DNA from: Planctomycetota bacterium
GTDB lineage: Bacteria; Planctomycetota; Uabimicrobiia; Uabimicrobiales; JABWCH01
Assembly (NCBI GenBank): GCA_022710345.1
Contig: JAKLHB010000003.1
Span: 1-46,801 of the forward strand
DNA: 46,801 nt
Direction of reading: 5' to 3'
The translations under genes were made by a program, and so were the position numbers. This document shows, in pieces, positions 44,291 to 46,801 of this stretch. Position 1 is the stretch's first letter. Every line of letters starts with the position of its first letter. The notes beneath the pieces were generated by a model. That model had not been told where the DNA came from. It searched no databases and worked only from the letters and a program-made list of their open reading frames with translations.

Positions 44291-44577
44291 TATGCGGAGG
44301 GAGGGGCGACGGGAGTCGCCCCGGGCGCTCTTAATAGGGGCGACGGGGGTCGCCCCGGGCGCTCTCAGCAAGCGTATGCGGAAGGAGGGGCGACGAGGGT
44401 CGCCCCGGGCGCTCTCAGCAAGCGTATGCGAAAGGAGGGGCGACGGGAGTCGCCCCGGGCGCTCTTAATAGGAGCGACGGGGGTCGCCCCGGGGCGCTCT
44501 CAGCAAGCGTATGCGGAAGGAGGGGCGACGGGGGTCGCCCAGTCGCTCTCAGCAAGCGTATGCGGAAGGAGTCGCCC
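44291..44577. repeat. Array of six GC-rich 20-nt hairpins (REP/BIME-like) with alternating 14-nt and 30-nt linkers and a 134-bp higher-order period.
   Basis: ggggcgac-NNNN-gtcgcccc occurs at 44303, 44337, 44387, 44437, 44471 (ggagcgac) and 44522 (right arm truncated). Linkers are gggcgctcttaata (after hairpins 1 and 4) or gggcgctctcagcaagcgtatgcg(g/a)aagga (after 2, 3, 5, 6). An orphan right arm gtcgccc sits at 44571. Confidence 0.9.
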
Positions 44578-44837
44578 ATGGCATTGACAACGAGGGTGCC
44601 CCGATACGCGCAATTCTTTATGTTATGCGTTATAACCTACATTTCTGCAATGTAGGTATGAAATTTGCGAACCAATTTTAAAAGGAGGCTAGTGGCATTT
44701 AAGCGAATGCGGTTCAGTTAAGCTTTGGCAAGTTATGTATGGGTGAATAAAGTCGAGGCTACAAGCTTGCATTGATACAAAAATCCACCATACCATTAAC
44801 TGAATGGCATTAGACAATCAGCTACTAGAAAAAAGCT

Positions 44838-45371
44838 ATGTCTGATCTCAATTATCAAAAACCACATCCATATCTCAATCCCTATTTAGCGGGCGTGCTG
44901 CTGGGCCTTACCTTGCTTGCGTCTTTTCTAATTTTAGGCGCAGGACTTGGTGCATCAGGCGGCATTTCCAGAATCGCTGCATTTTGCGAATCCTGCATTG
45001 ATTTGGCTCGTGTCACAGCCAGCAAATATTTTGGGCCGTATTTCCAAGATGGAGAAAATCCATTGAAATACTACCTGGTCTTTATGTTACTGGGTGTTTT
45101 CTTAGGAGGCTTATTTTCTGCCTGGACATCCAAACGTTGCCAGATTCAATTAGAACGCGGCAAAAGCAGCGGAGCATTCCGCCGCATCTTCTTTGCCCTG
45201 CTTGGCGGTATCATTGTTGGATTTGCCAGCAGATTTGGACAAGGTTGTACCTCAGGTCAAGCCCTTTCTGGCGGTGCGCTTTTGCTCACTGGCAGCTTAG
45301 TATTTATGGGTTGCGTGTTTGCAGGTGGTTATGTTGCGGCATATTTTGTAAGGAGACAATGGCATGACTGA
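44838..45371 (+). CDS. YeeE/YedE-family (sulfur-compound transport, DUF395) membrane protein, first half of a split pair.
   Basis: 177 aa with four hydrophobic helices and the conserved Cys motif FGQGCTSGQALSG. Confidence 0.75.
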   Translation: MSDLNYQKPHPYLNPYLAGVLLGLTLLASFLILGAGLGASGGISRIAAFCESCIDLARVTASKYFGPYFQDGENPLKYYLVFMLLGVFLGGLFSAWTSKRCQIQLERGKSSGAFRRIFFALLGGIIVGFASRFGQGCTSGQALSGGALLLTGSLVFMGCVFAGGYVAAYFVRRQWHD

Positions 45372-46801
45372 TACCTTATTTGCCTTAGATGCTCTGGGAA
45401 CCTGGCGTGCCTTTATCCTTGCCGGACTTATTGGCTTTTTCTTTGGCTTAGCGTTAGAAAAAGCCGGATTTGGAAGTTCAAAACGTCTAGCCGGCATTTT
45501 TTATTTTCGAGATATGGCAGTGCTTAAAGTCATGTTCACTGGGCTTGTGGTGGCCATGCTTGGGTTAGAGTACTGCATTGCTTTGGGCGTGGTCAAGCTA
45601 GAAAGCATCTTCTTGATGCAAACCATCTACATTGCCCAGATCGCTGCTGGTTTTCTCTTTGGCATAGGCTTTGTCATGGGCGGATGGTGCCCGGGCACGG
45701 CTGCTGTTGGATTGGCCAGCGGAAAACTTGATGCCTTGATTTTCCTCATTGGCACAATCATTGGCAGCATTTTATTTAACGAAGCTTTTCCTTGGATCGA
45801 GTCATATTACGAACAAGGCAAAGTCGGTGTTTCTTTTGTTTATGATGCTCTTGGTATTTCCAAACAATGGTTTGCATTGGGATTTACTGCAATTGCTGTG
45901 TTTTGTTTTTGGGGATCAGAATACATTGAAAGACGCAATGCCAAAACCGGAGAATACTGGAAGACTTGTTTTTTGACCTTGTTTAGCTTGATTTTGTTGG
46001 CTGCTGCAGGCGGGCTCTTTTGGCTTCCGCCTCCAATGCCATCACAACTAGTTGCTCCTCAGATACAAACCCAAGAGCAGACCCAAGAGCAGGCTATTTT
46101 AGAGACTGCTATGCAAGCCAAAGACCACATTGAACCCGACGAGCTTGCCAATCGCATGATGCAGCAAGAGCCTAATCTTCTTGTGGTTGATATTCGGTCG
46201 GCTGAAGAATTTGAACAATTTCATATTCGCGGTGCATACCATATCCCAATCGAACGACTTTTATCTGAATTGGACAAATACAAAAATTTGGGAATCATTG
46301 TGCTCTATAGCAATGGGATGACCCACGCAGCCCAGGCCAGAGATGCCCTAGCACGGTTAGGCTATAATAACGTGTATATGCTCACAGACGGAATTCAGGG
46401 ATTTATCCAAACTTGCTTAAAACCTGCTTCTCTGCGCAATGATGCCTTGCTTCCAGAACAAATCCAACAAATTCAACAATGGCGCGAATTTTTTTTAGCA
46501 CCCGATGCACAAGTACAGGCACCAATTCTTCCAGAACTACCCAAAGCAAAGCCAGTCGCCACTCCAAAATCAGAACCCACGATCACGCCAGAGCCTACGA
46601 TCACGCCAGAGCCAAAGCCAGAACCTACAACAACGCCAAAGCCAGAACCTACAACAACGCCAAACCTAGAACCTACGACACCAAAGCCAGAGCCAGTCAT
46701 CGAACCAAAGCCTGAACCTACGGCCACATCAAAACCTGAACCAAAGCCAATTCAGCCAGTTACAACCCAGCCTAAGCCTGAACAGCCAACAGAGCCTAAG
46801 T
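45364..46801 (+). CDS. YeeE/YedE-family membrane protein (second half) fused to a Cys-less rhodanese domain and a Pro/Thr/Glu/Lys-rich tail. It runs off the window end and is absent from the supplied ORF track.
   Basis: ATG 45364 overlaps the upstream stop by 8 nt (ATGGCATGACTGA). I translated the frame by hand and it is open to nt 46801. It contains MTDTLFAL..., GFVMGGWCPGTAAVG (the family Cys motif) and the rhodanese-like LLVVDIRSAEEFEQFHIRGAYHIP...IIVLYSNGMTHAAQA (Ser where the catalytic Cys is expected). It ends in TPEPTITPEPKPEPTTTPKPEPTTTP repeats. Confidence 0.75.
   Translation, partial: MTDTLFALDALGTWRAFILAGLIGFFFGLALEKAGFGSSKRLAGIFYFRDMAVLKVMFTGLVVAMLGLEYCIALGVVKLESIFLMQTIYIAQIAAGFLFGIGFVMGGWCPGTAAVGLASGKLDALIFLIGTIIGSILFNEAFPWIESYYEQGKVGVSFVYDALGISKQWFALGFTAIAVFCFWGSEYIERRNAKTGEYWKTCFLTLFSLILLAAAGGLFWLPPPMPSQLVAPQIQTQEQTQEQAILETAMQAKDHIEPDELANRMMQQEPNLLVVDIRSAEEFEQFHIRGAYHIPIERLLSELDKYKNLGIIVLYSNGMTHAAQARDALARLGYNNVYMLTDGIQGFIQTCLKPASLRNDALLPEQIQQIQQWREFFLAPDAQVQAPILPELPKAKPVATPKSEPTITPEPTITPEPKPEPTTTPKPEPTTTPNLEPTTPKPEPVIEPKPEPTATSKPEPKPIQPVTTQPKPEQPTEPK

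Noticed and set aside
44291-44577. Possible CRISPR array (regularly spaced short palindromic repeats).
   Set aside because: The inter-repeat segments are only 14 or 30 nt and are themselves repeated almost identically, so there are no unique spacers. The repeats are only 20 nt. No cas genes or leader-like arrangement are present in the window.
44068-44587. Three overlapping plus-strand ORFs (88, 105 and 112 aa) encoding Gly/Arg/Ala-rich repeats.
   Set aside because: They are read-through translations of the GC-rich hairpin array in all three frames. The same DNA repeat gives repetitive peptides in each frame. The composition is dictated by stem sequences, and there is no credible start context. 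I treat them as non-coding.

Overview
This is a 46.8-kb chromosomal segment that looks moderately AT-rich by eye. Gene content suggests a PVC-superphylum (Planctomycetota-like) bacterium: three Hanks-type Ser/Thr kinase homologues, one fused to an FGE-sulfatase domain. It also has FHA-domain proteins, a BatA-type vWA protein, a tricorn protease, and a Chlamydia/Planctomycete-style long L28. I support about 36 protein genes, one tRNA-Pro(GGG), several intrinsic terminators and several families of intergenic repeats. I saw no transposase, integrase, reverse transcriptase, cas gene or true CRISPR array. Housekeeping genes include mtnN, rpmB-rpmE, fcl, ybeY, gcdH, an M24 aminopeptidase and glycosyltransferases. 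The points most worth a second look are: (1) a tightly coupled minus-strand operon FHA - DUF58 - vWA(BatA-like) - TPR - kinase/FGE, which resembles a Bat/MoxR-vWA module with no MoxR ATPase; (2) two of the three kinases carry HRN instead of HRD, so they are predicted pseudokinases; (3) a stand-alone gene with a nucleoside 2-deoxyribosyltransferase/DNPH1-like N-domain and an unknown C-domain; (4) a tricorn protease co-transcribed with a TraB/ChaN/DUF5682-like protein; (5) a degenerate nitrilase-like domain fused to two FHA domains; (6) a GC-rich hairpin array with a 134-bp higher-order period, sitting between a signal-peptide MBL/3x-rhodanese protein and a split YeeE/YedE sulfur-transporter pair; (7) an orphan GspE/PilB ATPase bracketed by copies of a dispersed ~76-bp repeat. 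All functional calls rest on motif recognition by eye; no database search was run.
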